From Octopus sinensis (Eukaryota), in the NCBI RefSeq assembly GCF_006345805.1, contig NC_043003.1, positions 43,462,001 through 43,526,000 of the forward strand: a stretch of 64,000 nt of DNA, written 5' to 3'. Position numbers and translations under genes: made by a program. This document shows positions 39,701 to 54,900 of the stretch, piece after piece; within the stretch, counting starts at the first letter, position 1, and the number at the start of each line of letters is the position of its first letter. Under the pieces are notes generated by a model, which was given only the letters and a program-made list of their open reading frames with translations, made no database searches and was not told the origin of the DNA.

Positions 39701-42700
39701 TCTTGGTATAACCTGGTATAGTCAATGTTATATGTATAGTCCAAGACTTAGTTTGAGTATAGAATGGTAATAGCAACTAAAGACATGACACCGGAAAAAC
39801 CAAATGTTAAGTAATGAAATTCATTAGTTTACAGCTGTTTCTGGTATGAAATGTAGCGGACTCTAAGTTGAGTATGAGAATAATAGTCTATATCTTCATC
39901 TGAGCCTTGAATATGAAGTGCATTTTATTTGTGAATGTTGCGTTTTCAGAACGTATAATCGTTATGAGTGGGGAAGTTTATTTTGATGGTTATAGAAAGG
40001 TAGAAAATGTATGCCTAAGCTGTTGCTGTATCTGGTCTGTATCTTGATGTCGATTCCGGGACGTACCACACAATGCAGCGGCACCCTGATTTGCTCTTTG
40101 CAAAATAATCAATGCTAAAGATTGGTACAAAACCTTACAGGACAAACGTTACACACACAATCAAACACTAACATATAAACAGTTAGATGTGCATTTATAT
40201 GTGTATGTACATGTATCCATATAAATGTGTATATTTTTATGTGGCTGAAATGTTGGATGGAGACGATGTTTTTTGTGTTGCTTCGCTGGATTGTTTCGAG
40301 CATTGTTTGCTGCAGGACTCTAAGCGGCTAAATCCATATATCCCCCAGAAAACCAGCATGATTTCCTGTTTCCCGTTCTGAAAGTTCTAAGGATCCATCC
40401 GGCCAGCCGTCTGTATTTCGTTCAGCTTCATATGATGGTAAAAGAGGGCTTGGAATTTTCCCGCATTACGTTGCATGATTCTGTTCTCAACTAACATGTA
40501 TATCGTCTCCAACACCTGTTGCATAACCCCAGTTCCCTGTATTCCTTCTGATCGTATTCAGATATTAGATCTCTAACTTACTGCTGAACAGACTTATAAC
40601 TGTTTCTCTTTTACTTATTTCTGCTTACTTTTTTTTGTTTTCCGTTTTTTTAACCGTTCTCTTTTTCTATATACTTCCTTCTCACTTTTCTCCTTTCTTT
40701 TCTCATGCAATTTTTAGTTCGTTATACCAGCACAGATATCTATTAGTAGAACACAAAAGAATGTAGTGTGTCTATTAGATATCTATACTGATATGTTTCA
40801 TGTATGTATATGTATATGAAATAGAGCAATGTGTAATAGTGTGCAATTTACGAATACGTTTGAAGCTTCCAGTTAATCTAGTACGTTAAAAGACTGAGCT
40901 ATACTGTTAGAATATAATGTAGACGATGGTAACAAATGAAAATTAATCAAGGCATACATAGTAAAATGTGCATATACACGTCGGTTACACTTTTATTGAC
41001 CTATATTGATGCATTATTTTCGGTTTTGATGTAACGCAGAGTGTCGTTCCCGGCTATCACATACAAGCCAAAAGAGAAATGTCATCAAATGAAATATTGC
41101 GAAAGATTTCCTCAAGCAACAGCAACAAGTTACTGACTGATTTTTTTTAATGTTTGCCATATTTAATTTTCCTAAACTCGCAGCTCAAATCCTCTATCAC
41201 CTTTAACCAAAATCTACCTAGTGACCATTCATCTTCTTGTTATCTTTACACAAGATTATTCTTCCATTCCAGTTCTAGAGTCTCTGCTGAATTCTTCTAA
41301 AGCCACAACTAAAATTACTACGAATATATTGCATATATTTATCAAATTCCATTTGATCTTGAAATATATTGCTTTTTATTCGTGTCAGAGGAGATGCATA
41401 TATCATGGATATTCTTCTGGTTTTTCTTCTCTGTCTAGGTGGATATAAATAGCACATTACTCATATAGCATGAGTCATATAACTGACTCACATCTTATTA
41501 TTCCATGAAAATGACAATACACCGGGTGGAAGCTCACCACTCTTATGAAGTCTGAAGCGATTAGCATACACATTTGTTGCCAGTTCTCTTTCTGCCATCT
41601 TCCTTAGCTGATGGATACCTTTAAAAATTAAATGATTTAAAAACAGATTGCTATTTTATCGCACTAGTAAAACGAAATAGAAAGCAAATGCTTATGAAAT
41701 CATGCCATACATGTTTAAACGAATGTTCGAAATACATTGGACAATGTGGATCCAAATGCACTGTAAGAGATATATATTTGAAAATAGGATGGATATAACT
41801 GGAATGTCCATACGTAAATGACATTGTAAATAGCTTTGATTTGAAGAATTACCTAAACGCAATACCACCAAACGAAAAAAAAACTAAGACACTAAATACT
41901 TCCTTTTTCTCAAATGGAGAGCAAATGGTGGTTGTCGTTTTCAGTCAGTTTTGTTCATAGGTGGCCAAGGTGGAGGGAAACGACTGAATTTAATATGCAA
42001 ATTAATTGCTTGGATCACGGCTGTACGAGTACACTAACTCTCTTTCACTGAAAAAAAATATTTCAAACTATATATTCCAGAACCACTGTAAGGATTTTCT
42101 AGCAAACGAAATAAAATAAATACCCTTACATGCAGTTTAAAAATGAAGATTCAATAATAAATATAGTGAGGAATTACCATGGGATGTATTATATGGTAAG
42201 ATTTTGAAATCTGTGATTTAATGCTAAAATGCCTTAATCATAATAAAAAGCATGAATTAAAAATGAAAACAAAGCGATATATGGAAGTAAATTTATTGTA
42301 CCATATGAAATATGAATATTGGAGAGATAATGCAGAGAATAACATTTGTAAGAATGGAAATAATATCTTAATACCTTATCACTGACTCTGCTATTATTTT
42401 TCCTGATTATGCCCTTATTTTTATGACTATTCGCATTCACTCTGTCGTTGCTTATTCCCTCCCGTCTCTTTCTCTCTCTTTCTTTCTTCCTCCCTCTTAT
42501 TCCCTTTTCCTCCCTCCCTGTTTATCTGTTCTGTTATCAAATTATATACATATTGTTTGTATGATTATAATTATCTATGTATCTACTTAATATATACTGC
42601 GTATTACACACAAACGTTTGCATATATATGGGTGTGTATGTATGTACATATATATATATGTTTATATATGACATAGGTGTACATAGATGTACTTTAGAGA

Positions 42701-42733
42701 CACATACTGGCACATATATCTACCCTTGTGTAC

Positions 42734-42765
<32 letters not shown>

Positions 42766-42829
42766 GCCAGTTTCGTGTATTCGTGTGTTCATGTGTGTAT
42801 ATGTATATATATATATATATTATATATAT

Positions 42830-43843
42830 ATATATATGTATATGTATATATGTCAGTATTCGTGTATTCGTGTGCGCATGTGCAAGTGCACGTTTGTGTT
42901 TGTGTGTGCATGTGTGTGTACGTGTCTGTGTGTGTCGGACAATAAATTAAGTCTAGAGTATTCCTGAGATTCATAATTGAAAAGCAGAGTTAACGATAAT
43001 CACAGTATTTAGGTGTGCATTCTATCGTGTGTCCATCCATGTGAATCTTTCTATCTCAACCTCTCTCCCTATCTCTCACGTTCTGTCGCTTCGTCTCTCT
43101 CTCTCTCTCACATTCCATCAATTTATCTATCAATAATACACATACAAATGCACACAGATACACACGTACATTAAACACATACGTAAAACGAAAGAATGAG
43201 ACTCGCACATAAAGATATATGTATAGCCGGTGTCAGTGTGCTTCAGGAAGAAAAGGAAGATAAAAAGAGATAGAAAAGTGGAAAGGCGGTTTAGAAGTAG
43301 CTGAAAAGGTGGGGTGAAGTGAACATGAGAGAAAATGAAAAAGAATGTATGACACCGTGGTTATAAAATCCATTAGTAGAGCGACCAACGTGAGAAATTA
43401 GACAGAAATTATAATTTCTCCGTTATCATTCGGAATAGCGATGAAGATAAATCAAAGAGAATGGGGTGTAGCCAATGAAAGTGAACATATAGTAACAAAA
43501 GCTTTACAATAAAGATGGCAGCAGAAATGGAAATAGATATGATGATTGAAAAAGAAAATTATAGTATTCCTTACTTTAAATGCAATTTCAGTATGAAAGC
43601 TTTATGCATTCTCTCCTCTTTATAAAGACACTACACACCATCCGGCATTGCATCTAACGGTATTTCCTCTAAGCATGTCCATAGCCTAGCTCCTCGTTAT
43701 CAGTAGCCTACTATATTATATTTCCTATACACACATACATACATACATACATACATACATGCATGCATACATACATGAATGCACACATATATACATACAT
43801 ATATATATATATGTGTATGTATATATATATATATGTGTGTATA

Positions 43844-43894
<51 letters not shown>

Positions 43895-43959
43895 ATATAT
43901 TCATATCCAATGATATAAGTGAATGCAGACTACGTAACACGCGCACGCATTCACATACG

Positions 43960-44048
<89 letters not shown>

Positions 44049-45057
44049 AATATGTATATGTATATATGTCAGTATTCGTGTATTCGTGTGCGCATGTGCA
44101 AGTGCACGTTTGTGTTTGTGTGTGCATGTGTGTGTACGTGTCTGTGTGTGTCGGACAATAAATTAAGTCTAGAGTATTCCTGAGATTCATAATTGAAAAG
44201 CAGAGTTAACGATAATCACAGTATTTAGGTGTGCATTCTATCGTGTGTCCATCCATGTGAATCTTTCTATCTCAACCTCTCTCCCTATCTCTCACGTTCT
44301 GTCGCTTCGTCTCTCTCTCTCTCTCACATTCCATCAATTTATCTATCAATAATACACATACAAATGCACACAGATACACACGTACATTAAACACATACGT
44401 AAAACGAAAGAATGAGACTCGCACATAAAGATATATGTATAGCCGGTGTCAGTGTGCTTCAGGAAGAAAAGGAAGATAAAAAGAGATAGAAAAGTGGAAA
44501 GGCGGTTTAGAAGTAGCTGAAAAGGTGGGGTGAAGTGAACATGAGAGAAAATGAAAAAGAATGTATGACACCGTGGTTATAAAATCCATTAGTAGAGCGA
44601 CCAACGTGAGAAATTAGACAGAAATTATAATTTCTCCGTTATCATTCGGAATAGCGATGAAGATAAATCAAAGAGAATGGGGTGTAGCCAATGAAAGTGA
44701 ACATATAGTAACAAAAGCTTTACAATAAAGATGGCAGCAGAAATGGAAATAGATATGATGATTGAAAAAGAAAATTATAGTATTCCTTACTTTAAATGCA
44801 ATTTCAGTATGAAAGCTTTATGCATTCTCTCCTCTTTATAAAGACACTACACACCATCCGGCATTGCATCTAACGGTATTTCCTCTAAGCATGTCCATAG
44901 CCTAGCTCCTCGTTATCAGTAGCCTACTATATTATATTTCCTATACACACATACATACATACATACATACATACATGCATGCATACATACATGAATGCAC
45001 ACATATATACATACATATATATATATATGTGTATGTATATATATATATGTGTGTATA

Positions 45058-45110
<53 letters not shown>

Positions 45111-45215
45111 ATATATTCATATCCAATGATATAAGTGAATGCAGACTACGTAACACGCGCACGCATTCACATACGTATCACTATATATATATATATATAT
45201 ATAATAATATATATA

Positions 45216-45265
<50 letters not shown>
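42830..45265. repeat. Tandem duplication, ~1216-bp unit
   Basis: ORF ends 42974/44190 and 43725/44941 are offset by 1216. Unique sequence looks identical; junctions in (TA)n. Confidence 0.95.
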
Positions 45266-45279
<14 letters not shown>

Positions 45280-45872
45280 TGTATACATATATTGTGTGTG
45301 TGTATGTGTGAAATGAACATACTTTGTGAACCCATTTCATGCAGAAGTCATATAAGATCTGATAACATTAGGTTAGTTGCGAGATATTTATTGATCGACT
45401 ACTTGAGAGAATGAAGTTAAGTGTTGCACGATGATATATATATATATAATATATATATATATATACACACACATAATATATATATATATATGTATCTATG
45501 TATACATGTACAAACATATGTACACAGTCAAGCACCCACATACATGTAATAATAAGGTTATGCATATACTTATGTATGTGTATGTGTGTGCATATGTGAG
45601 TGTGTATATAATGGCACAGATCTGGGTAGAACTTAATAGAACGGGACATTCTGCGAAGTGTGAGATATGCGTGGACATATGGTTGAATATTCCTTATATG
45701 CTCGTTCATATGCGCACACATAAATATAAGGATATAATGAGGGATAAACACACACATACATACACACTCACACAAACACACACACTCACATATTTGAGTA
45801 GATATGTATATTTATTGTGAGTAGTTTTCTATTCATGTAGTTATGTATGTGTCTACGTAATTAATATATATA

Positions 45873-46013
<141 letters not shown>

Positions 46014-46951
46014 GTATGTATTTATGTATAGATAAATAAATATAGTAATATCTATCTATCTGTCTCTTGCTATTTTCACGCACATACACATATACATATA
46101 TATGCATATATAGAGACCTTTCAATATAGCTTCAGACTATACGTACAACATGTATATGTACATGCACACACTTATGTGCACACAGATCATATACTGCCTT
46201 CTCCGCACATATCACTGAATAATACAGAATGAGCAGCCAATCAATAGCAATCGTTGAAACGAATATGTGTAAGAATTAGATCATTTGGTTGAGTATTTCG
46301 AAGGGTTATTGTTAAAAGCTAAACTATTGACTTCTGGATTGCAAATTTCAATTAATAACGCGAATGCAATCATAGAATTCGCAAGGCGCCATTTTGCCGA
46401 CCGCTATGAGCTGTTGTCAGTTCTGATCGGTATTAAATTATTAGGCGGCTGAAGTCATATTTTTAATCTTCATTCGAATGGGTTTCTCTTTGAAGACACT
46501 ATTCAGTCAATTTTTATATCCCATCATGTCCTCACTAATATTGTATCTTTCAACTATTTCCAACTTCTACACATTGCAGGGAATAATGATATACATATAG
46601 GCACACGCGCGAGCACACACACATACATGCACACACACACAAACACACACACACACACACACATAGACGCACACACACACATCACACACGCGCGCGCATG
46701 CACACACACACAAACATTTATATATATATATTATATATATATTATATATATTATATATATATATACACACACGAAAAGTATGCTTCCAAGGAAATATCCG
46801 AGAGTGTCTATTATCTTCAATTGTTGAAGAATGTACGAGATGAGGTCAGGTACATAAGTTGGAGCGTTGAAACACTTAAGTTATTTAAGCACTTTCTTGC
46901 CTATCTTCCCATTATAAGGTACATTGTCTATATTAAAGTAAAAAAAAAAAC

Positions 46952-47004
<53 letters not shown>

Positions 47005-47005
<1 letters not shown>

Positions 47006-50000
47006 TTTTTTTTCTTCTTTCAAATTTGCTTCCATTTCTTGCCGAGTGTCTTCCCGACTCCTAGGGCAAAGAAACTCATAGTATACATTGGTAGGCCATT
47101 AAACCAAACTCAATAGTTCGTTCATTTTTTTTTTTTTTTTAAGTTAAATTAAAATACATGAGCAGCAACAGTTCTCACATCGACAATACTCTTCTCAATA
47201 CGTGTGATGTACCAATTAAGACAATGTTTTGCACTTCTTGCAGGGATGGTAAACCAGGGATCATTCTCATATAATTTTCGGTTCCCTTCTTGATCATTCC
47301 TAGTGCTCCTACGATCACTTGTATTGTAACCGCCCTGAGAGGCCACATTTTCTCAATTTCAATGAGTAGGTCTTTATATTTTCTGAGCTTGTCAAACTCT
47401 TTCGCTGAGATATTATTATCACAGGGGATGCTCATGTCGATCAATAAACAAACTTTATTGTTTTGGTCTTTCACAACAATATCTGGTTTATTGGCCTTGA
47501 TGGTTCGGTCTGTATGTACTGGAAAGTGCCACAGAATGGTTACATTTTCTCCTTCAGTTACAGCCTCAGGGTGGTGATTATACCACTTGTCGGCAGTTTT
47601 GATATTGTAATGCCGACTTATTAGCCAGTGTAGATATTGGCCAAATCTGTCATGTCTTAATTTATACTCCACTGGTGCTAAGACTTTACATCCAGAGATT
47701 AGGTAGTCCACTGTTTCAATCATGTCGTTGCAGAATCGGCATTTTGGGTCTGCTCCATTTTTCATCACATTGGCCTGATAGTTCCGGGTTAATAGGCTTT
47801 GATCTGGAGCAGCCAGGATGAAACCTTCGCTCTCTGCTTTTAGCCCTGAGCTCCGTAGCCACTGATGGGTTTGCTTCTGGTCAACATCAGCTTGTTTGCT
47901 GCGGGTCACATATTTGCCGTGCAGAGGTTTCTCCTCCCACCTATCAGCCAATTGCTCGAGCGCTCTTTTCGTTGCCATCATTTTCACCTTTTTTGCAACA
48001 ATAGTTGCCGTACTTCCCTCGGGTTGTTCAGTTTGGGTATCCTGCACGAGATCAATAGCAAATTTTTTGCTTTCCTTTATGATAGAATGAAGCTTCTTTC
48101 GTCTCTCGTGATTTTCCACGAGCTTTAGCGTCCAGTCATTCGGTATTTCGAGATATTTGGCCAGTCCAATTGTGGTTGTTTTGTAATCTAGTTTAAATTG
48201 GATCAGACCTCGACCTCCTTGGGCTCTGGGAAGGTAAAGGCGATCTACGTCTGCCTTTGGGTGGTGCATCCTATTAGAACTCAGCAGCTTGCGTATTTTC
48301 CTATCTATATTCTTTACTTCACTCATATTCCAGTTCAACACATTGTAGCTATAAGTAACAACTGGAACTGCTAAGGAATTTATAGCTGACACCTTGTTAC
48401 GTGCATTTAGTTCAGATTTCAGGACTGCACGAACTCTCCTGTAACATTCCTTCCTGATCTTCTCTTTCATGCTTGCATGCTGTATACCAGAGCCTTCATT
48501 TATCCCTAAATATTTGTATGTTTGTTCTTGCTCAAGCTCTCTTATGACTGTGTCAACATCTAACACGACTGAATTTGTGGTCTTCACTTTCCCTTTCTGG
48601 AAAGTGGCTTGGCACACTTCTCAAGTCCAACTCCATCCCGATGTCATCGCTGAATGCTTTCACGGTGCGCAATAGGCCTTCAAGTTCATTATTGTCTTTA
48701 CCATAAAGTTTTAAGTCATCCATATAAAATAGATGGCTTATTTTTTTATTGGCGATTTTATACCCATACCCTGTTCTGTTTAATTCACTTGTAAGGGGTA
48801 TTAGGGCTATGCAGAATATTAAAAGTGTAAGTGAGTCACCTTGAAAAATTCCACAGTTGATGTTTATATTTTCTGAGGCAAGTACTCCATTAGAGTGGTA
48901 TAATTGGAGTTTCGTATTCCACAACGACATATTGTGCTTCAGGAAGTTTGAAATCACAGGGGAAATTTTGAAGATGTCCAGCGATCTCAAGATCCATGGA
49001 TGCGGTATACTGTCGAAGGCCTTTTTATAGTCAATCCATGCGGTGCTGAGATTTCTGCGCTTGTTGTGACAGTTCTCAAGGATCATACGATTGATTAGCA
49101 GTTGATCTTTGCATCCGTAAGAGCCTCGGCGGCACCCTTTTTGTTCAATGGGGAAAATATCGTTCTTCTCCATGAATGCATATGTTTTCTCCGCCAGGAT
49201 AGGTGTTAGGATTTTATACGTGGTGGATAGACAGGTTATTGGCCGATAGTTTTTTGGAAGGTTGGTTTCGTTATTCTTTGGGAGTAGGTAAGTAATGCCA
49301 CTTGCTAACCATTCAGGTGTTTTGTTTGGGTCTGTCATAATTCCATTGAGCAGCTGAACTAGCTTACCGTGTGCGCATGGGAGCGATGCGAGCCAGAAAT
49401 TCGGCACCCTATCTTTACCGGAGGATTTCCAATTATGGGCCTTCGTGAGTGCCTTTCTTAGGTCTGCTATTGTGATGTCTTCCCATGCTTGTTGTTGTAA
49501 ATTTTGGTAGGATTCTTCAGTTTGTATAATCCAGCCTGCATTTATGTTGTACGTCTTCTTGTCACTCCAAATCCTTTTCCAAAAGTTTTGAACTTCTTCC
49601 ATGGGAGGGGGGTCTTTAACGGTTACTTTCTCCTTCCCTATTTCTCTGTAGAATTTTTTGGCATTGGATGTGAACAGCTTATTTTGCTTGTAAAACTTGT
49701 TTCTCTTCTCAAATCTTCGTATTCTTTGGGCTTTTGCTTGGACTTTTTGTTTCAGCGTTTCTTTTATTGATATCAGTTCTTCTCTTGGTGAGGATCCAAA
49801 TTTTCTCTTCATCTTTCTTCCTGTTCTGGATCTTACATCATTTCCACATATTAGTTCATTTAATATTGATATTTCCCCTCTCATAAATTCAATCTCTTTT
49901 TCAATTTTACTTCTCCAGGTTTGATTTCTTCCCAGGTTTTGTTTTCTTTGTTTTTTCGGGGGCATACAGCTGGTTTCAATTGCCCTAGCAGAAGCGTAAA

Positions 50001-50960
50001 TAATTTCATTTAACTCAGTAAAATCAGGTTTTAATTCTCGTATTATTTCATTTGTTACATAGTTGCCAATTTGGATTTGTTTTTTATTTTGGTTTGTATT
50101 TGAGAGTTTATGAAGTGGTGCTCTATCATTCATACTTGTATGTCTTACAACTTCAAGCGTATTCAGGATTTTCTGCCTCATTTCTGCCATAGACTCTCTG
50201 TGTTCTTCAGCAAATGCGAGATCTTCCGTTACTGTTGTTTTTTTCGTTTTCCTGGCTATCTTTAACAGGTACAATAGAATTTCTTGTATCTTCAGACCTT
50301 TGCGTACTTTGGTCAGATGGCAGTCTTTCAATTAAGCCTCGTGGTGGGCTATACTGTTCATCTGATTCTTCATTTCCTTTGTGTCTTATATTTATGTCAT
50401 TTTCCGCTGCGTGCTTGATCGCGCTTATTTCACTATCTGTGAGTCTGTTATTTCTAAGGATATCCCTCCTCACATTTGCTAATTTGTTCTCGTCCAAATA
50501 GGGCCTACTGTCTTGATTCCGTGTTCTCCATATACTGTAAGAGTTTGCGGTGTGTCTCTCTTGAGATGGCCTATCTAATGCATAGTAATAAGCGTATATT
50601 ACTTCTTTATACTCTTCTTGGGTCCATTTGTTCCGCTTACATTTTTCTTTCTGTGGTGGTTGTGGTGGTGAACTTGGAGGGCTCGAGTTGGGGGATTTCC
50701 CGTTCAAGTGACCATCCATGTCCGTATTCGGAGAAGAGTTTGTGCCAGTTGATGACTTTTCGATCCCAGGCTGGCTCTTCCCTGGGGGACGCGCTTCCAG
50801 ATTAACCATAGGACAAGCGATTTGGTATACTGATTTAGTTTCCAAAAACATTTTGGTGCTACGATAATGTTATCATTTTTTAGCTCTGATTGGCTCGTGG
50901 GGAGACGACCATCATTGCTGTTACAATTATAATCGTACCATTATAGCAGCCGTAGTCGGC
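47005..50960 (-). mobile_element. R4/Dong-clade non-LTR retrotransposon family B, probably full length, two frameshifts
   Basis: ORFs 50207..50851, 48553..50331 and 47175..48617: KWTQEEYKEVIYAYY...LANVRR, NWKSSGKD, YRPITCL, KAFDSIPH, GIFQGDSL, FYMDDLKLY, CRFC...YLISGC, RHD, KPDIV, KYKDL. TAA-type repeats at both ends. Confidence 0.95.
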
Positions 50961-51226
50961 TTATTATTGTTATTATCATCACCATTATTATCACTATCAT
51001 CATTATCACCACCATTACCATCATCATTATCATCATCACCATCACCATCATCATCATCAATGATATTGTTTTATGTGTAGTCACAGCAGTATCTTATTAT
51101 TGTTATTTTTTATCATCATCACCATCACAGTAGTGTCTGTATGTCTCGTTGGCTGACTTGGTGGTTGGCTTGCTGACTGTCTTCAACGCCAGAGTTCTTG
51201 CCTGTCAAATAATACTTTCATATTTG

Positions 51227-51298
<72 letters not shown>

Positions 51299-51302
51299 GC
51301 TA

Positions 51303-51368
<66 letters not shown>

Positions 51369-51439
51369 TATTATTATTAATATTATTATTATTGTTGTTG
51401 TTATTATTATTTTTATTATTATTATTATTATTAATAATA
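50961..51439. repeat. (CAT/CAC)n and (TTA)n microsatellites
   Basis: Seen directly. Confidence 0.9.
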
Positions 51440-51897
51440 GGGCTACAGCAAATATTCTGCTCAATACCACAGATTTGCTTGTCAGTTGTTTGACCTTAAC
51501 CAGTTGAGCATGTCCCTAAGTGACTGACGATATGTGCATCTCTGATCACGAGCAGAAGTAGTGGGGGAGCATCATAGCCATGTGTTGAGAGGGATTCTTT
51601 GGGGTTTGAATAGTTCATCTCTAGAAACATGGGTGTTTCGTTCAACATCCTTAAACAACCCTTATTCAGGGACCTTTTGAGCGGGATGGGCTACTCAACC
51701 TGAAGAAAATTCTAACTGGGCCCCACCTGCAAGGTCATGTGCTGTTTATCTTGATATGAGATCACCATGTCGCGCACATATGGTTGTGATGCATGTGCCT
51801 GGTGTACCTTTATCAGACGGGTAGTCATGATGTGTATATTGGGCTTCGTATATTTTACCCCAGTGTCACTTTGATGGCATGAACTGCTCTCTCACTC
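51440..51897 (+). mobile_element. 5'-truncated copy of the TAA-associated non-autonomous repeat
   Basis: Matches about 5721-6178 and has an (AAT)n tail. Confidence 0.9.
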
Positions 51898-51929
51898 AAT
51901 AATAATAATAATAATAATAATAATATATA

Positions 51930-54900
51930 ACTGTTCAATATTTCTTCGATTGAGTCAAATTTCAAACGCATCACCTGCTAAACCTCCGTGTTGCTGGCGT
52001 GTGTGCAGCATTGTGTGTTATTTTCTGATGTTGGGAGAGTGTGAGCTCTTCTCGACACTGTTTGTGTTAGTTTTTTTAATTTCTTCCTTCAGATGCGGTG
52101 CTGTCTTTTGTTGTTTGACTGCTTGAATTGTGTGTGGAGTGCGTAACGGTTTGGTATTCTGGCTTGCTGGTGGGGTTTACTTCACTGGCTAAGTGCTGTA
52201 TGGACTGTGTCTTGTATTGGTAGGTTGTTCTGTTTAGGTTGTATCATTGGATTGATAGTATCTTGCTTAGGTTATGTTCCGAGCAGGGCTATTTTTGGGA
52301 TAGCGTGTAGTGTTGAGGATCTATGTATAGTTTCTACATCCAGTTATTATTGGTATTGGTTTTACCTTCATGCCCCATATTTTCAATACTTCAATTTCGA
52401 GGTCGTTGTTCATCGACAATTTCTCCACTTCTTTTTTGACAATATTTTGTTCAGAAGAGAATACAAGGTCTATCAGTGAGCAGGTTTTTTTTTTCGCGAA
52501 TCGTTGACTAATATGTCTGGGGGATTAGCTTATATTTCTTTGTCGGTTTCAACCGGTATATCTCAGATGATTGTGGCCTGATCATTATCTGGTACATTGC
52601 TTGGCGCATGCTTATACTACCTGTTTTTAGTTTGATGTTATATACTTGGCATATTGTCCAGTGGATATAACTGCTTGCTTTCTCGTGTCTGTGTTCATAT
52701 TCAGACTTGGCAAGGACTGCACAGCTCAGGATGATGTATTAAATGTCTCATTGTGCTAGTCGCAAATTCTGCATATGGTGCTGAGACCTGTTTTCATTAT
52801 TTTGTTTTCATAATTGTCTATAATCAGACATTGGTCTTCGGCAACGAGAAACGGTACTTCCGTTTTAGAAGCTATTGTGCTATTGTTGGCTTTTACTTAG
52901 GCTCACTTCCTCTCTGTGAAGCCTTCCAGGGTAATGACCAGGAAGTGATCTTTCTCTCCAGTTATGTTTCAGTATCTTTTGTAATTCGGTTTCCATGTTG
53001 CTTCTTGACTCTTTGCCCATTTCTGCTGTGTTGTCATCTGAGGTCAGTATATCAGTGTAGTTTGCTCCTGCTTTGAATTTTGTCGCTTCTATGTGTATAG
53101 ACAAAGGCGTTTTCTCTTTCTCGTCTTGCTTTACTACAAGTGGTAGTCTTCCACTCTTTGATTCTAAATACTTTGATAGTCCAACAGTTGTTATTTCATA
53201 CTAGTTTTGTATTTGTATCAGGCCACGACCACCTTCTGAACGGGGTAGATATATTCTGTCTGCGTCTGTTTTTGGGTGCTGACATCGGTACGCTGTTAGT
53301 CGTTTCCTTGTTTTCCTATTTAGGTTTCTCAATTCACTGGTCTTCCAGTTTATTATATTAAAAATGTAATTTAAGTCTTGTATGGATAGCGTGTTTATCC
53401 CTCTTATTTTATCTTTAGCATGAAGTTCAGTGTTTAATATTAGTCTAAGTCTTCCGTAGTACTCTCTCCTAATTCTCTCATTAATGAGTAGCTGATCTTT
53501 ACAACCACAGAACCCATGTTTACATCCATTTTGCTCATAAGCGAATATGCCACATTCTATTAAGAAAAGACTATAGGTACGTTCAGTCAAGACAGATGTT
53601 AGCGTTTTAGATATTGTTGTTAAGCAGTTTATGGGTCTATAATTTTTTGGTTCATTTGTTTCTTCATTTTTTGGAAGTAGGAATGTTACACCATTAACTA
53701 ACCAGGAGGGAATTATACTAGGCTGTTGCAAAATGTTGTAAAGTTTTGTTAGCAGTTCATGGCTCTCTGGGAAGGCATGCAACCAGAAGTTAGGAATTTT
53801 ATGCTTTCCTGGAGACTTCCACTTGCTTGACTTCCTGAGAGCAGATCTTACATTCTCTACCATGACACCCTTCTACTTTTGTGCTTCTAAGGAGTATAAG
53901 TCATTAGATATTCTATCAATCCAAGGTGCCATTTCATTGTTTTTTTTCTTCTGCCCAAATTTTATTCCCAAATTCCTGCACTTCTTCTTTTGATGGGACA
54001 GAATTTATTGTAACTTGTATTTTATCTATCTTCCCGTAAACAAATTTTGGGTTATTTTTTAACATGTTGTTGACCTTGAAGAATCTAACGCGCTATTCAT
54101 GCCTTGCTATGCGGGCGGCTTTAGCACATACCTTTTGATTGATGGTTTCTATGGTTGTATTAATGTCAAATATGGTTTTCATATAATAGTTTTCCTTTAA
54201 TCTTCGGGTTTTTCTAGGTTTGATAGTCTTGTCAAACTTAAGTTTTTTTAAACATTCTGTCAGACCTAAGTGGCTGAATTTGGTGTTGAATACACTGTTG
54301 CGAAGAAGACATTTTTTTTTTTTTTTGGTTTTCTAATGTTTTTGTTTTCTAATTTTTTTACCACTTAGAATCGTCGAGATTTTCGCGGATGCATAGTACA
54401 GGTGGTTAAGATCTGTAATATCAATATCATTAGCTGAAATTATATCCTTAAGCGCAAGGCGGATTTTATCAATTACTTTCAGGTATTGGTTAGAATTGCG
54501 AAGTTTTGGGAGAGTGTCGCCTTCATTCATACTGGGTTTTTTTTTTTATTTTCAGCCATTCAATCATGATTTGATTTTTTAGATCTTGTAATTCTGTTGG
54601 GTCAATTTATGTGTGACTTTCTTCGTCTAGCTGATTTTCATCTCCCTTAGTGATTAGGGTTAGTTGAAAGAGTGTTTCACTTTGCCTATCAGTTACACTA
54701 ACTCATTCAATCATCATTGCATTTTCATCAGCCCTGGGCTGATCGATAATTATTTCCGCTGTACTATTTTCTTTAGGTACAGCTGTGTTCCTTTTATCCC
54801 TTACTCCTAGTTTAATTTCATCAATCTCTACATCAGCTAGTAATTTCTTTTACATAATGTTTATTCTGACGTTGGCAAGTTTGTTACTGTCTATGTATGG

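Noticed and set aside
50860-50960. HDV-like ribozyme at the 5' end of Dong family B
   Set aside because: Partial helices exist but I could not assemble the nested double pseudoknot by eye.
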